From Geosiphon pyriformis uo1 (Eukaryota > Fungi > Glomeromycota), in assembly GCA_016748015.1 (NCBI GenBank), contig JAAOMT010000494.1, positions 1,028,241 through 1,092,240 of the forward strand: a stretch of 64,000 bases of DNA, given 5' to 3'. Position numbers and translations under genes: made by a program. Positions 50,982-64,000 of the stretch are shown piece after piece. The notes beneath the pieces were generated by a model. That model did no database searches and had not been told where the DNA came from. It was given only the letters and a program-made list of their open reading frames with translations. Numbering within the stretch: the first letter of the stretch is position 1; each line of letters opens with the position of its first letter.

Positions 50982-51827
50982 ATGTCTTTAAACCAAAGTT
51001 CTGAGCAACAAATTATCGCCACGAAAGGTAATTTCCCTGACGATCTTCAAGAGACACTATTTAGACAAGTTTTAGGTGTATTTTATCACTCTCTCAAAAA
51101 TTGGGATTATCCACACGTAATAATTTCCAAGATGCAAAAATGGTTCGAAAAAAACCTGAGTAAATACCGTCCAGACCAATTTTACGACCGCTTAAAGTCC
51201 AGACTTGAACAGGATCATGGTATTCAGCATCATGAATACCTTTTAGGAATAATGACACAATATAATCTCGGTATTCGATGTGACCTTGAAAAAGCTTTCC
51301 AATATTACCAAGAAGGAGACTCAAAAGGGGATACGCTTTGCACAGTCAAAATGGGAGTTTTTTTTCAAAATGGATACGGAGAAATCACGAGCCCTCAAAT
51401 GGCTATTGAAAAATTTCAAGCGGCAGCCGATAAGGGGAGTCCAATTGGTTATTGGTATTTGGGCTGGGTTTATATGGATGGTATTGGGGTGACGGCAGAC
51501 CTCCGGAAATCTGTTAAAAATTTTGAAAAGGCAGCATCTTTAAAATATGCTCACGCACCGATTGAAATTGCGACTTTGTACTCGTATGGAGGGACCGGAG
51601 GATTTCTTGAAAATTATCGCAAAGCATTTTACTGGTACTTGTTCACGGCCTCGTCTCCTGATGATTTTCCCGAGTATGAAATTTTGGCAACTAATGCAGT
51701 TGCTGATTTCTACTTTTCTGGGCGAGGTGTTTCAAAAGATGTTCATTCAGCGATTCGGTGGTATCGAAAATTGGAACGTCGTAATTTTAAAATTCATGGT
51801 TTTGGTTCAATATTTCGGAAAAGTTAA
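50982..51827 (+). CDS. Sel1-like repeat protein (281 aa, intronless)
   Basis: Repeated LG..Y..G.G...D..KA...Y..AA patterns (LGIMTQYNLGIRCDLEKAFQYY; LGWVYMDGIGVTADLRKSVKNFEKAA; YFSGRGVSKDVHSAIRWY). Confidence 0.9.
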   Translation: MSLNQSSEQQIIATKGNFPDDLQETLFRQVLGVFYHSLKNWDYPHVIISKMQKWFEKNLSKYRPDQFYDRLKSRLEQDHGIQHHEYLLGIMTQYNLGIRCDLEKAFQYYQEGDSKGDTLCTVKMGVFFQNGYGEITSPQMAIEKFQAAADKGSPIGYWYLGWVYMDGIGVTADLRKSVKNFEKAASLKYAHAPIEIATLYSYGGTGGFLENYRKAFYWYLFTASSPDDFPEYEILATNAVADFYFSGRGVSKDVHSAIRWYRKLERRNFKIHGFGSIFRKS

Positions 51828-52603
51828 AATTTGGCTATTTGATAAATCAGGGATTTGAAAGTATTCGAAGAAAAGCACTTTATGATCGATTTACATTGTT
51901 ACAAAAATATAGGTTAGAAAATGGAAAAAGCTTAAATTTTTTCAGTCCACCCATTTCGTTGCAAAGAAAAGCACTTTATGATGGATTTAGATTGTTACAA
52001 AAATATAGTTTATAAAAATTAATGAGAAATAAATCTTTGGTATCCAGTCTAAAGTGGGTGATATAATGGCAAATAATACATTAAATTATTTTAAATTATT
52101 AAATCCAGGAATCAGAATTTAACCGAGTAGCAACCATTATAGAAAATACCTTGCCATAAATATTATACTCAATTTCCTTGTAAATCTGAATGTAATTAAC
52201 TGCGAAATCGAGAAATAACTATTTTTGAATTATGTTTCATACAAGACGAGATCAAATAACATAGCAAGCTTGGTTAAGTGATTCCTCAAGAATCGATTAA
52301 TTTGTCATTCAAAATCCTTGAATTGTATATTATATTTTATATTTCTGTGGTCTTTTTACATCAAATTTTTTCTTAAATAGGAGCTCTATAACGATAGGTA
52401 TTAATGAAACTATAAGACTTTTCTGCTTGTTTGAATCTGAAGAATAAAAGTACAGTATTTTAGGAGCTATTCGATTTTAGGGAGTGTCATGTCATGTCTC
52501 AATTAAACTGACGCATTACGGTGGGAATTGAGATTTTCCTTTAAATTACCATACTCGTCTTCTCAGAATTCTCACTAAAAAGAACTGAGCAACCACTCTT
52601 GCC

Positions 52604-52608
52604 ATTAC

Positions 52609-52650
<42 letters not shown>
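52604..52650. repeat. (TTA)n microsatellite
   Basis: Visible tandem run. Confidence 0.9.
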
Positions 52651-54840
52651 CGTTCATTTTTAACTGCCTTTATTAGAAAATCGGGAAGACTTTTCACAAA
52701 GCGAGATACTTTTTTCAAAAATTATTATTTCATTCAAAAACAAACAAAAAAATGCGCAAAGTATTGAAATTTGCCAATTACAATTACACTTTTTAAAACA
52801 TCCTCTCTCCAAAGTATCAAAATTTCTATGAGCCTGAATGTTCGAGTACAAAATTTCACAGTAAATGATTAGCTTAATTTTGTTTTTGTTTTTTTTCGGG
52901 AGAGAAATAACTTTTTTTATGAAACTCAAATTTCAAAGTGAAATTTTTATTTTACGATTTATGTGCATCAATTTCATTTGAAAATTTTTATATAGCTTTG
53001 TTCCAAAAAAAATAACACACAAACACAATTTATTGCTTTAGATTCAAAATATTTTTCGGGAATGGTTCAATTATTTCTTTATCTATAAAATAAAAATCCA
53101 TTACTATAATATGTCACTTTCTCTTTTCTTGTTGAGTTTTCGCCAGGTGATTTTACATATTCAAGTATTTGTACAAGAGTGAAGTTTTTTTTTTTGAACA
53201 AAATAAAATCTTCTATGAGCCAAAGGTATTGAAAAGATTGAAGGCTTTTTGCAAATTATAATTTACATTTTTTTTTTTCAAATTTCTTATATAGGTTTCA
53301 AAATAACTAACAAAATATTTTTATCTGAAAAAGCAAACATGTAACAAATGAATAAAAAGTTGCAAATCAGAGTTTTTAGGCTGTTCATTTTAAATTTTTA
53401 TATAAAAATATTTATTTTCTATCAATAAAAATTTTAAGAGGTATAAGTTTTGAGAAAGCTAGGATTTTTGGTTAAAAACTTTCCAAAATCATATATATAT
53501 ATATGAAAAATTCTTGGGAATGTTTTATATTATGATTGAAAATTTTAAAAATAAGAAAATTTTTTTTGTTTCTATTTGTGAATTTGTTAACCTGTGAAAA
53601 TAATTTTCTATTTTTTTTTGTGGTAAAGAAAAATTTTCAGAGGGTGAGAATTTTTAAATTGAAGGGAGATAATTTGTTAAAAATGGTTCAATTTTTTAAA
53701 AAAACTTTTATTTCTTTTATTTAATTGATCAAAATCAATTTGTTAACTTATAAAAAGCATCTGATTATTTGATCAAAACAAAATGACAAATATACTAAAA
53801 CTAGAAATATAAACAAAACTGTGAACTCATTTTAATCAATATTTTTTATAAGTATTAAAAATTTCCTGCTAAATGGAAAATGAGAAATTACAGCTTATTT
53901 AAAATGGATATAAATTTCTCGGAGTTGTTTGTAATTTGTAATAATAATTTGAACTTTAAAATCAAAAAAATATTCTTATCTTCTAAAAAATTTATTAGAT
54001 GAATAATCATGGTGTAAATTTTTTTTGAAAGAAAAACAAATTAAAGCAACAAATATTCAAATGATATTAGCATTTTGAAGAAAAAGTATATGTAACATGA
54101 TCTTAAATAATGACTAAGATAAAAACTTTCGTTTCTAATACTCTTTTAGGAATTATAAAGACCTTTTATTTTAAATTTTTACAAGTATAAATATAGAATA
54201 TCCAAGTGTTTAATCGATCAGCTGATTAAAAATTCTAAAATTATTACTTAAATGCGTAAAAATAACCAAAAAAATAGATTTTCAAACAACGTGGACGCTT
54301 AATTTCATTTTCATGGTATTTTTTCAATCTAAAAACTTTATAAAAATTCATATTAAAACATATTTTAAAAACACGTACTTATTGCCCTTTTTTGAATAAA
54401 TTACTTGATTTTTGAAGAAATAACCTATTTCGATTCAAGTCTTGTTATCCATAAAAATCAATTTAAATGAAAAATTATCCATTATTGATTTGTGAAATGA
54501 TATAACTTTTTTTCTTGAAATCCCGCTTTTTTAAAGTTCTCCAAAATGTCAATGGTGTAAATATTTGTTGGTATCACCTAATTTGAATAACAAGTCTTAA
54601 TTCACTATCCCTGAAGATATATTTGATGCAATAAACTAAAACCCGTGAAAATCAAACCGTGTTCATCAACAAAGAATAATACTCGTTAACTCGGTCATTT
54701 ATTTAAAAAATTTAAGCTTGCGTCCCAGAGCTTTATAAATTTTAATGATTAATCAGGGCGAGCTAAAATGAGAAATAAAAAATATAGTTTCAATAAAGAA
54801 GTTTAATTTTAGTAACAAGTATTAAAAAGTTTGTTTCTTC

Positions 54841-54943
54841 ATTCATACATACATACATACATACATACATTCATACATACATACATACATACATACATAC
54901 ATACATACATTCATTCATTCGTTCGTTCGTTCGTTCGTTTGTT
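54841..54943. repeat. Compound (CATA)n-(CATT)n-(CGTT)n microsatellite
   Basis: Visible tandem run with stepwise unit change. Confidence 0.9.
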
Positions 54944-55185
54944 TAAGTTTTGAGGAGACAATTTAAAATAATGATCATAGGTCTATTAAGCATTCCAAGA
55001 TTTTCAAATTTTTTATCTTCAACCTTCTTTCCGATTATCAAATCTTTTCCATTTTGAAAATTAATTTTAAATTATTTCCGGATAAATTATATTTTCATGA
55101 ATCCGATATTAGCCGAGAAACGAAGAAAAGGAAACACATTTTAAACCAGATTACTAACAAGGTGCGTTTTTTCGTACAATGGGAT

Positions 55186-55193
55186 AGTAATAA

Positions 55194-55244
<51 letters not shown>

Positions 55245-55277
55245 GTAGTATTAGTAGTAGTATTAGTAGTATTAGTA
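55186..55277. repeat. (AAT)n/(TAG)n microsatellite
   Basis: Visible tandem run. Confidence 0.9.
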
Positions 55278-55902
55278 AATAATAATTAATTGCTCTTACA
55301 AAACCATGAATCCTTTTCTAAGCTTTAACAAATAACCTCTCTTTTTTGTGAGAAAAAAAACAAAAAAGCTCTAAATTTTAGAGTGTCAGCTTCCAAGATT
55401 TCTTGTTTAATTTTCCGATGCTGCTGACATTTCAAAACATGATCTAAACAATTTCGGAAAAGTAGCTTACTGAGATTTGCTATCTAAACAAGGAAAGTAA
55501 AAAAAGTTCAATTTGCATTAATTGAAACCTTTATCCGGCTGTGAAAGATTTGTTACATTATAATTAAAAAATAATAAATTAACGGAAATCAAAGTCAAAA
55601 TGTAAATCTTGCTTACGATAAATACAAGCGGTTTATCTCAACTCTCTTATTTTTTTTTTTCCTTTACTTTTACTTACTCACTCACTCACTCACTCTTCCC
55701 CATCATTTTTTTTTCTCATGCTACATTTTTCAACTTGCGTTTAAACCGCTGACCGAAAGTGGATTAATCATCGTCATCATATTATCGTCATCATAATAAT
55801 AATAATCATGATCATTATTCCACCATTTCATAAAGTAAATACCATTGATACAATATTTTTAAAATATAATTTATTTCTTAAAAAGGTTTTCCAAGTTCGA
55901 CC

Positions 55903-57033
55903 ATGACAACATATTCACCACCTGTCGTGCTATTTATCCTGCTACAGACAATAAGTCTTGTCTTGCTTCTCATTCTCATATTTTTAATTTTTAAATCAAA
56001 AACCTATTTTACAAAATGGACATTACTTCAACTGTGCATATGTGTATTTGTGAACCAATTCGCCAATCTTCCCGCAATATTGGTATATGGCGATGACTTG
56101 CAAAAAAAAGCTTTCGACACTCCATTATGTATAATACAGCAGAAAGTTGCTTTATTCTCTTTTTATCCCATGCAATTTCTTGCTTGTGCTCTGGCCTTCT
56201 ACCTATGGTATGCGACTCTCAAGTTAGATTTAAAGATTGAGGAAAATTGTTTCTGGTATGCTACGTGTGGTATTTGGGTTCTTAATGCCATGCTACAAGC
56301 TTTTATTTGGGCCTCGGCGCATAGTAGACCACATTGGGGAGTTGTTGCGAATGCATTATATTGTCAAGGTGCTGGTGATTGGCTGGCATTTTCGATACCA
56401 ACAATAATAGTGTCAGTTATAGCAGCATTTTTTGCATGTAAGTTATGGTGGTGGTGTTCGCACACCTATGAAAAAATGTTCTTAATTTCTCATTCTTATC
56501 TTCAAAAGCTGACAAGGAAATCTCTTTTATATTGATATATTTGTTTTTTCTTATTTAGGTCATTCGAGTTTACTAACCATTACTCGTTGGCGACAATTCA
56601 CACAAAAACAAAGCAGAGGAACAGCAATACAACTTGGATTGGCTGTTCGACTATGCGTTTGTAGCTTATTATATGCGGCAATTTTACTAGCATCATATGT
56701 ACCAAGAGTTATCAAACAAATGAATAATATTCCAGACCCGAATCAGATAACCTTGGCCGAATTTTCTGGCAGTTGCGCGTAAGTTTACTAGTAACCAAGA
56801 TTTTTGATCATTTCTTGCAAAAAAAAAAAAAAAGTACATCATCTAATTTTTTTTTTAATAGAGGGACCATACTCTTTCTCATATTTGGGACAACACGTTC
56901 AGCTGCCGTATTTCTACCATGTTGTTATTATACACCTCCAGATACTCGGAGAAAGAATGTTTTATCGTTTAACAATCCATTCGCCAGTCAACAAAAAAAG
57001 CTGGAAACCATTGTATATCTACCGAAAGATTGA
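55903..57033 (+). CDS. Seven-transmembrane GPCR-like protein, 3 exons (55903-56437, 56559-56778, 56862-57033)
   Basis: Seven hydrophobic segments; Cys at the start of TM3 (PLCIIQQ) and in ECL2 (ALYCQ); last TM GTILFLIFGT. GTAAGT...AG introns join the exons in frame. Resembles fungal cAMP-receptor-like/Git3-type receptors; family not certain. Confidence 0.8.
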
Positions 57034-57050
57034 TGAGTACATCCCTTATA

Positions 57051-57077
57051 AGAGAGAGAGAGAGAGAGAGAGAGAGA
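57051..57077. repeat. (AG)n microsatellite
   Basis: Visible tandem run just after the GPCR-like stop. Confidence 0.9.
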
Positions 57078-57772
57078 TAAGGATTGGAGTAGTCATTGAT
57101 TGACTAATACATATCAACGATAACATTTTACCATTGTTGCTATTGTTCTTTGATGAGTCTCCTTTTGTCAAATTGTAAATATTCATACTTTATTTAATTT
57201 TAATTTTGCTAAAGACTTGAAATATTCATCGAGCGAGAACAAACATCAACTTTTCATTTTTAAAATTTGTATTTATCTAGCATTTAACCAATGACATACT
57301 TCTTGAAAAAAGAAGGTTTTAATAGATTTGGGATTAGAATTAATATATATTTTTATCAGATTATATCTTAAAAGTGTGACCTTTATGAATTTTAGCAATT
57401 AAACATATACAATATATGACAGATTTTTTCAAAAGATGAGTGGAAAATTTGTTGCCATTATGATGTTCCTCTGGAAAAAAAATTAAAAATTGTCGATATA
57501 CATTCATTTGTTCTCTTTTAAAAATTCTCAGGGAATTTCCACGATTAACAAGATCTGTATTTTTTGAAAGTTTTCTCCGGGAATATTTAACAAATAAACA
57601 AAAATCGGGATAATAAATAATAATAATAATAATAAATAATGATAATTAAAGAATGTCGAAACTCGAGATCGATTTTTTTCCTTTTCAATAATGATTCATT
57701 TTTTAATTGATAACTTTTCGGGATTGTGTCAAAAAAATACAAATACGTGATAATTAAATGTAATAGAGGGGA

Positions 57773-57804
57773 GTGGTGGTGGTGGTGGTGGTGGTGGTGG
57801 TGGT
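57773..57804. repeat. (GGT)n microsatellite
   Basis: Visible tandem run. Confidence 0.9.
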
Positions 57805-58197
57805 AGGTGTATAATTAAGATCTTTATTTATTTATACCGGGGAAAGGCTTTTTTAAAAAGATTTAAGGTTTTTGTTTCAAGAATAATTAAAGAATGAGTC
57901 GATATTAAATTTCATTTTCAAAAAAAAGAAAAAGGTTTTAATGTTAAAAATTGATTTTTCATAAAAGAAAATTTTATTTTCATAAATATTGTACATGAAA
58001 AGATTACATCTTATATAAATAATAATGAAATGAGATGAGTAAAATGAATAATAATTCCAAAAAAAAAAGTATCAAAATAAATAAGTTAAATATATATTAA
58101 ATATGATTGATTTGTAAAATGTAAAAAATTTATCATGAATTATATAATAAATTTTAAAATATTGACAAGTTTAAATTGTATATATAGTTTTATTAGT

Positions 58198-58226
58198 AAA
58201 AAACAAAAACAAAAACAACAACAACT

Positions 58227-58258
<32 letters not shown>

Positions 58259-58316
58259 AACAATAACAATAACAATAACAATAACAACAACAACAACAAC
58301 AAAAACAATAACAATA
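58198..58316. repeat. (CAA)n/(CAATAA)n microsatellite
   Basis: Visible tandem run. Confidence 0.9.
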
Positions 58317-59609
58317 CTCCATTAAATTTAAAATTAATTAAATTGAAAAGTTTTGAATAAATAATATATATATATTAATAAAATAATCTTTTATTTTTAT
58401 AATAATTTTAAATTATATTTTATTTTTTAAAAAAAAATTGATATTTTTTTGGAATCAGATAAAAAATATGTTTTATATATTAATTTTATCAACATGATAT
58501 TCATTGAATATTATCAAAAACTTTGTGTTTAATCATACTTGAAAAATATGAATTATAAAGTAAAATGAACATAAATTTTTTACGAAAAAAAATCTTTAAA
58601 AACATAGATCGAACATCATTTATTCAAATTTGAAGTTGGGATTAATAAATATATAGACATTTATAATAAATAAATTAACTTGATACTTTAAATATTTTTT
58701 ATTTTTAATTGAAAAAAAAAAAAATTTTTTTTTACAAACATCTCATATTTCAAGATTTTCACTGCATTCCTTACATATATCTCGGTCGAATTTTTTTTTT
58801 TAGTCATTATTCACTTACCAACTTTAGAACAACTTTTACATCATCATCAACAATAATGCAAGTTTATGTTATAACACTGGGTTTCACCTTCAAGTAAAGA
58901 AAATCGTTAAAGAATTTTAACGATTTCCTAATTTGTAATACTTTATCTAATAAAGAAGTGGAAAGATGTCATGATCTTTCACATTCAATGTAAAAAGTCA
59001 TGAAAATCAGGTTTCTCGAGAAGTCATTTTTGGAAAAAAACAATATTGTTAACTCTGAGCTCGGACGCGTATAAAGCTATTAAAAATTTAATATTGTCAT
59101 ATAAAAAAGTATATCTTTACCTTTTAAAGGTCAGAAATAGCTTTTGAAGTAAATCATTACTTTTTAAATTCCAATAAATATTTAAAGTCTACCAGTTTTT
59201 TGAATTTTATTTCAATTTTGAGAACTTTATTCAAAAATATTTAATAGAAAAAGTTATATATAGCTGAACTTTTTATTTATTTATTTATTTAGGTTACTAC
59301 TACTATTAATAAAACAAATATCAAGTTCTATGAGTAATATATGTTATAAGCAAAAGGTAAATGCAAACAATCACCATTCAAATTAATGGCTGAAACAGTT
59401 TCACAACATTTATATGTTAGAAAAAGAAGAAGAAGAAGAAGTGAAAATTGTTTTTGTTTTGAATCGAAATGTCTTTTGGAAAATGAAACAACGATAGATT
59501 TTAACCCTGAAACTTTGATTTATTCTAATAGAAGATCATATCCTAATTTCTAATTATTAAGTGACCACAATGATATTTGTTTGATTTTTAGTTTAAAAAA
59601 AAATAAAAA

Positions 59610-59645
<36 letters not shown>

Positions 59646-60174
59646 CATTTTTTTTTTATTTTGAAACAAAAATATCTCTAATGACAGAAATCCCTTAAAT
59701 ATTAACAAATCAAAAATTGTCTTTCTTTAAATCTATATAAATTCGATATTAGTGATGATGATGATGATGATTCTTTATCTGAAGATTTTCAATCGGGTAG
59801 CTTTCATTGATAAATTTTCTGAAACAAAAAGTTTCTCGTTTCGAAATTTCACACTTTTTGGATCGAAGAAAGAAATTTCACCTCAGCCTTACGTTTTATA
59901 TCCCATGCATAAAAATTTTATTAACTTTATATATATATATATCTGTCTAAGCTTGATCATGAGGGATATATATATATATAGGTTGAATGAATCAAACTAT
60001 ATTAGACTCTATTCAGATTCTTTTTATGACTTTTTTTTTTTTTTTCTTACATTTGAAGATTTTCTATTTTTAAAAAATTGAAATCAAAGAAAAAAAATTT
60101 ATTTGTCTATTTTATAAAATTTTTAAAAAAATATTAATATATTATTATTCAAACAAATATTTTCATTTTTCAAC

Positions 60175-60223
<49 letters not shown>

Positions 60224-60338
60224 TATATTAATTATATAAAATGTTGATTATATAAATTGATTAATTATTATTATATAAAAGTTTATTTGTATTCGAAATA
60301 AAAAATAAAATAAAATAAAATAAAATAAAATAAAATAA
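60175..60338. repeat. (AAT)n and (AAAAT)n microsatellites
   Basis: Runs at 60175-60220 and ~60296-60338. Confidence 0.85.
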
Positions 60339-60841
60339 ATTCAATGTTATTTAAAATATACATATATATATACATATATATATTTAAATAATTAATTACA
60401 ATCATAATTTTTTATATTTTCATAAAAATTTATTTAAATTAATCTTTTTCTCAAATAATAAAGTGAAAAAATTTTACCTTAATTACCCATAAAAGGAATT
60501 ATAACAATTCTTGGTAAAGAAACGAAAATCTGCATGTTTCTTAAAATATATCAAAGATCGTATGCATGAATTTACTTTTTAAATGCTATTACCCGACAAT
60601 TTAAGTTCAAACAGTATGCTTTTTAGCTTGTTTTAATTTTTTCTGCATTTCATTAAAAACTTAATAAAGCTAAAAAGTCTAATAAATATATATATACATA
60701 CATTTATTACTGATTAGAAAGGTTAATCTAATAATTTTCTTAAATTTATGCACAAATGAAAAAAGTTTATGAACGCGTATCAAAACTTTTGCATTATTGA
60801 TAAAAGATTATCATGCATTAGTGCTGATCTTCCTGGCATAA

Positions 60842-60893
<52 letters not shown>

Positions 60894-60905
60894 AATAATA
60901 ATAAT
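60842..60905. repeat. (CAA)n(TAA)n microsatellite just upstream of the Nudix pseudogene
   Basis: Visible tandem run. Confidence 0.9.
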
Positions 60906-60931
60906 ATAACTATGCCAAATCAAGAGCAAGA

Positions 60932-61831
60932 ATGTACTCTATCCCCAATTTTGATTTTTCTGCTCTAACTTTATCTAACCAAAATTTCAAAGCGCCGGTA
61001 AAATGTTTAGAGCCACGAGTTGGACTAGAGGTATTTGTTACTCGAGAAGGGAGGTTCTTTATAGGCAAACGAAAAGGGTTTCACGGCTCAGATATGTTTT
61101 CTGAAGGTATGATAGCAACACAAAATTCTGCAAGAATATGAGTAATAATAATTTTGTTGTTCATGTCATCATATAAATGCTACAAAATGAACATGGCAAC
61201 TTCCTGGAGGTAAGTCGTATTAATCAAAAAGTATTTAAAACATCTTTTTCGTAAAAATTTTTTATAAAAACTCATGTTAATTTTTTTTAGGAAATTTAGA
61301 ATTTAGTGAATCTTTCCAAGATTTTTCGAGTCGTAGGTTTTTTTTTCGTTATTCTTTTTGCTTTTGAATGAATATCTTTGATCTTATATATTTTAATGTA
61401 TATAATCCTGATCTAAATTCCGTAGGAAAAATACTTGAAGAAAAAAACCTCATCATTCACAATATCAGATATCATACTACAACCAAAAAGACCCAATGCC
61501 CGAATCGAATAAGCATTATGTCGATATTTTCATGTGCGCCGAATCGGTTGATATTAATGCGAAACTAATTGTGAGCATCCTTTTAAATTTCTTTGGTCAA
61601 ACTTGGCTATCTTTAAACTTTCATTTTTTTATAGGCTAAAGACAAGGTGATTCTAAAATTTTCTCATCTTTATTTCAGGTGATGTAACCAGATAAATGCG
61701 AAATTTGGGATTTGATAACCTTGGATTAATTTATAAAGGATGGTATTGATAGTTAAACCAACAAGTATCAGCCAATGTTTCAGCCAATACGATCCTACAT
61801 TCTACAAAGAAATGGTAAAAAGTCCTTTTAA
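60932..61831 (+). pseudogene. Nudix hydrolase (NUDT15/MutT-like) pseudogene
   Basis: PRVGLEVFV, IGKRKGFHGS, TWQLPGG|NLEFSESF, KILEEKNL, HYVDIFM, VM*PDKCEIW. The Nudix box is eroded, there are premature TAA stops and a frameshift, and the first intron donor/acceptor appear mutated (ATATGT, ACAA). Confidence 0.8.
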
Positions 61832-63909
61832 GGATATCAAAAAATTAATTTGATCCAATAAATCCTTTATTGTAGAAGAGATTCATAAAAAATTTGAATC
61901 TAAACAGCAAATGAATGAATGAATGAATGAATTAATTAATTAATGAATGAATTAATGAATGAATTAATGAATAAAACCTTTTGATTTTGTAATAGAAAAC
62001 GGTTTTCCAATGTATTCTCCTTTTGCTAAAAATAAAATTTTTGAGAAGAGTTTAACACATATTTTGCTATAAAGTGGTAATACAATAGATAGCTCTACTT
62101 TTTTTTTTTATTCAAACGCCCAAATTGGTCACGGCATAAAAATGACAATATTAAGGCAATTAGAAGATCCCCTTCTAGAATAACAAAAAGATTTGAAATT
62201 AGAGGAATATGTGAGGTTCGGTTAGTTTAGAGCATTATTACTTTTATTGCAAGAAATTGAAATTGATTTTCTTCGGGTTCATTAAACAAAATTTTATTTT
62301 ATTTTATTTTTTTTTCAATTAACAAACCATTATATTATTTTTTCCTCATTCGAAATAAAAATCATTTTTCCGAAATTTTGTTTTCCACAATTGTATACTT
62401 TTTGAAATAATGATTGAGAACTATTTTCTTTGAAACTTTTTTTTTATTTTATTTTATTTTTTTTGAATCAATTAATAAATCCGGATAAAATTCATCAATT
62501 GCAATAATTAGCGAGATAAAAGTGATAAATCAAAATTTTTTTTGTTTAGATTTTTTTTTCATTATACACACCATTTAATATAATATAGAAATCTGAAAAA
62601 TTTCAAAAAGTAACTTATTTAACTAACTCTTGTTTCCTACTTCTATTGGGAATTATAAATATCGGCAATTACTTATATGATATCATCACTGCAGGTTTCA
62701 ATGACAAAATAAGATTTTATTGCTTCTCTCCACTTTGGAAAAAAAAAAAAAAGGTTGCCGTGTTCAAGTCTGGAACCTCTCGTTGACAATTTTAAAGTTA
62801 CACAGCTTTGAGTTTGCATTAAAATTGTAAAATAAATTTATTAAGAAATTTTTCAATTCGGAGATCTTTTCATTCATATAATGAAGTTCCAATTTTCGGT
62901 TTTTTCTTGCGTATTTTTATTAAACTCTTTTCAAGATATTACTGTATTTATGTATGTATGTATGTATATATATATATATATATGTCCTCAAGCATTGAGA
63001 ATAACATTCAAACTTCGTCCTGATGAAGTATTTGAATAGGAAAAAATCCCTTAAAATGAAATAAAATATTATTTAGCCATATATTACGGTATCAGATGCG
63101 CTGCATAAACACCGGGTATTGTGTTTTCATAATCAGTTCACAAATTTTGAATGAACCCTTTAAATTGCTACACAATTTATATAAATTTTATATTGGTATA
63201 TATATATCATTGAAAACGTCAGAGTGATTACAAGAGTATTTTTATTAGGTCATTAATAATAAATTCTGAGAAATTTGACGACTATCTGAACCTTTGCAAC
63301 AATAATAAGATAATCAGAATTTGTAGTAAACGATATGATATTAAAATTGTGAATATTAAAAAGTGTAATAAAGTGGTAAAAAAGAAATTATTTAAAATTA
63401 TTTAGTTTTTAGTCTACTAAAAATAATAGGAAAATCTTGAAATTAAAAAATGAGAAAAAAAAAAAAAAGTTTTTTAAATTGTTGATTTTCCTTTCGAATC
63501 ATCTGATCAGTTTCAGTTTGCAAACTAATTTCCCTTTAGGCTAAACGCCTTGAAAATCTCTATTTGGCTCATGGTTTTCTAGCTGTAACCAAATTCTAAT
63601 TTTATAATTCATTAATCATTACTGAAATCAAAAACCTTATTTGATAATCAAAATAATAATCTTAATTAAAGAAAGAATTTAAGTTTTGAATTTATCTTTA
63701 AATATTTAATTAAATTATACGTTATAAAAGAAAGGAAAAAAAAGGAGATATATATGATTAGTAAAATAAATTTTAGTTTAGAATAAATATTTCTCATTTT
63801 AGGGGGTAAAAGATTATAATATTTATAAAAAAAAAAAAAAATGGAATATAACCTAACATATTCATTTTCCAAACCTTTTTGAACTTTGCTGATGTTAAAA
63901 AACACAATA

Positions 63910-64000
<91 letters not shown>
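63910..64000. repeat. (AAT)n microsatellite running to the window end
   Basis: About 30 perfect units. Confidence 0.95.

Noticed and set aside
58140-58322. Cys-rich metallothionein-like ORF
   Set aside because: It is the reverse translation of a (CAA)n/(CAATAA)n microsatellite.
52660-63905. Short Phe/Lys/Ile-rich ORFs (52660, 53536, 58709, 59752, 63666)
   Set aside because: Low-complexity products of AT-rich intergenic DNA, mostly with non-ATG starts and no motifs.
63910-64000. Telomere at the window end
   Set aside because: The unit is AAT, not a G-rich telomeric repeat, and the same SSR occurs internally.

Overview
Eukaryotic, very AT-rich fungal DNA. The gene set (Sel1-repeat protein, intron-rich ankyrin-asparaginase, HMG-like relic) and the retroelement types suggest an early-diverging fungus, probably Glomeromycotina; this is inference, not a database result. 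The window has two halves. (1) 1 to ~36.1 kb is a CpG-depleted retrotransposon graveyard with a three-level nest: an old minus-strand APE-RT-RNaseH LINE (3262-22088) is split in its RNase H by a Ty3/Gypsy element (4092-16609, TSD ACAT), which is split in its RT by a pol-less gag-bearing LTR element (7751-12637, TSD GTGC). There is also a full-length plus-strand LINE (25214-32017) killed by in-frame stops without net frameshift, and several older relics. (2) ~36.1-64 kb has normal CpG content and host genes: an amino-acid permease, an L-asparaginase with ankyrin repeats, a Sel1-repeat protein, a 7TM GPCR-like protein, a NUDT15/MutT-like pseudogene, and many microsatellites. Most interesting: both LTR elements carry an unrecognised accessory ORF ending in an FAxAQ motif at the PPT and share a PBS, suggesting a helper/satellite system; and the repeats show almost purely C>T/G>A decay, including non-CpG sites, which resembles RIP.
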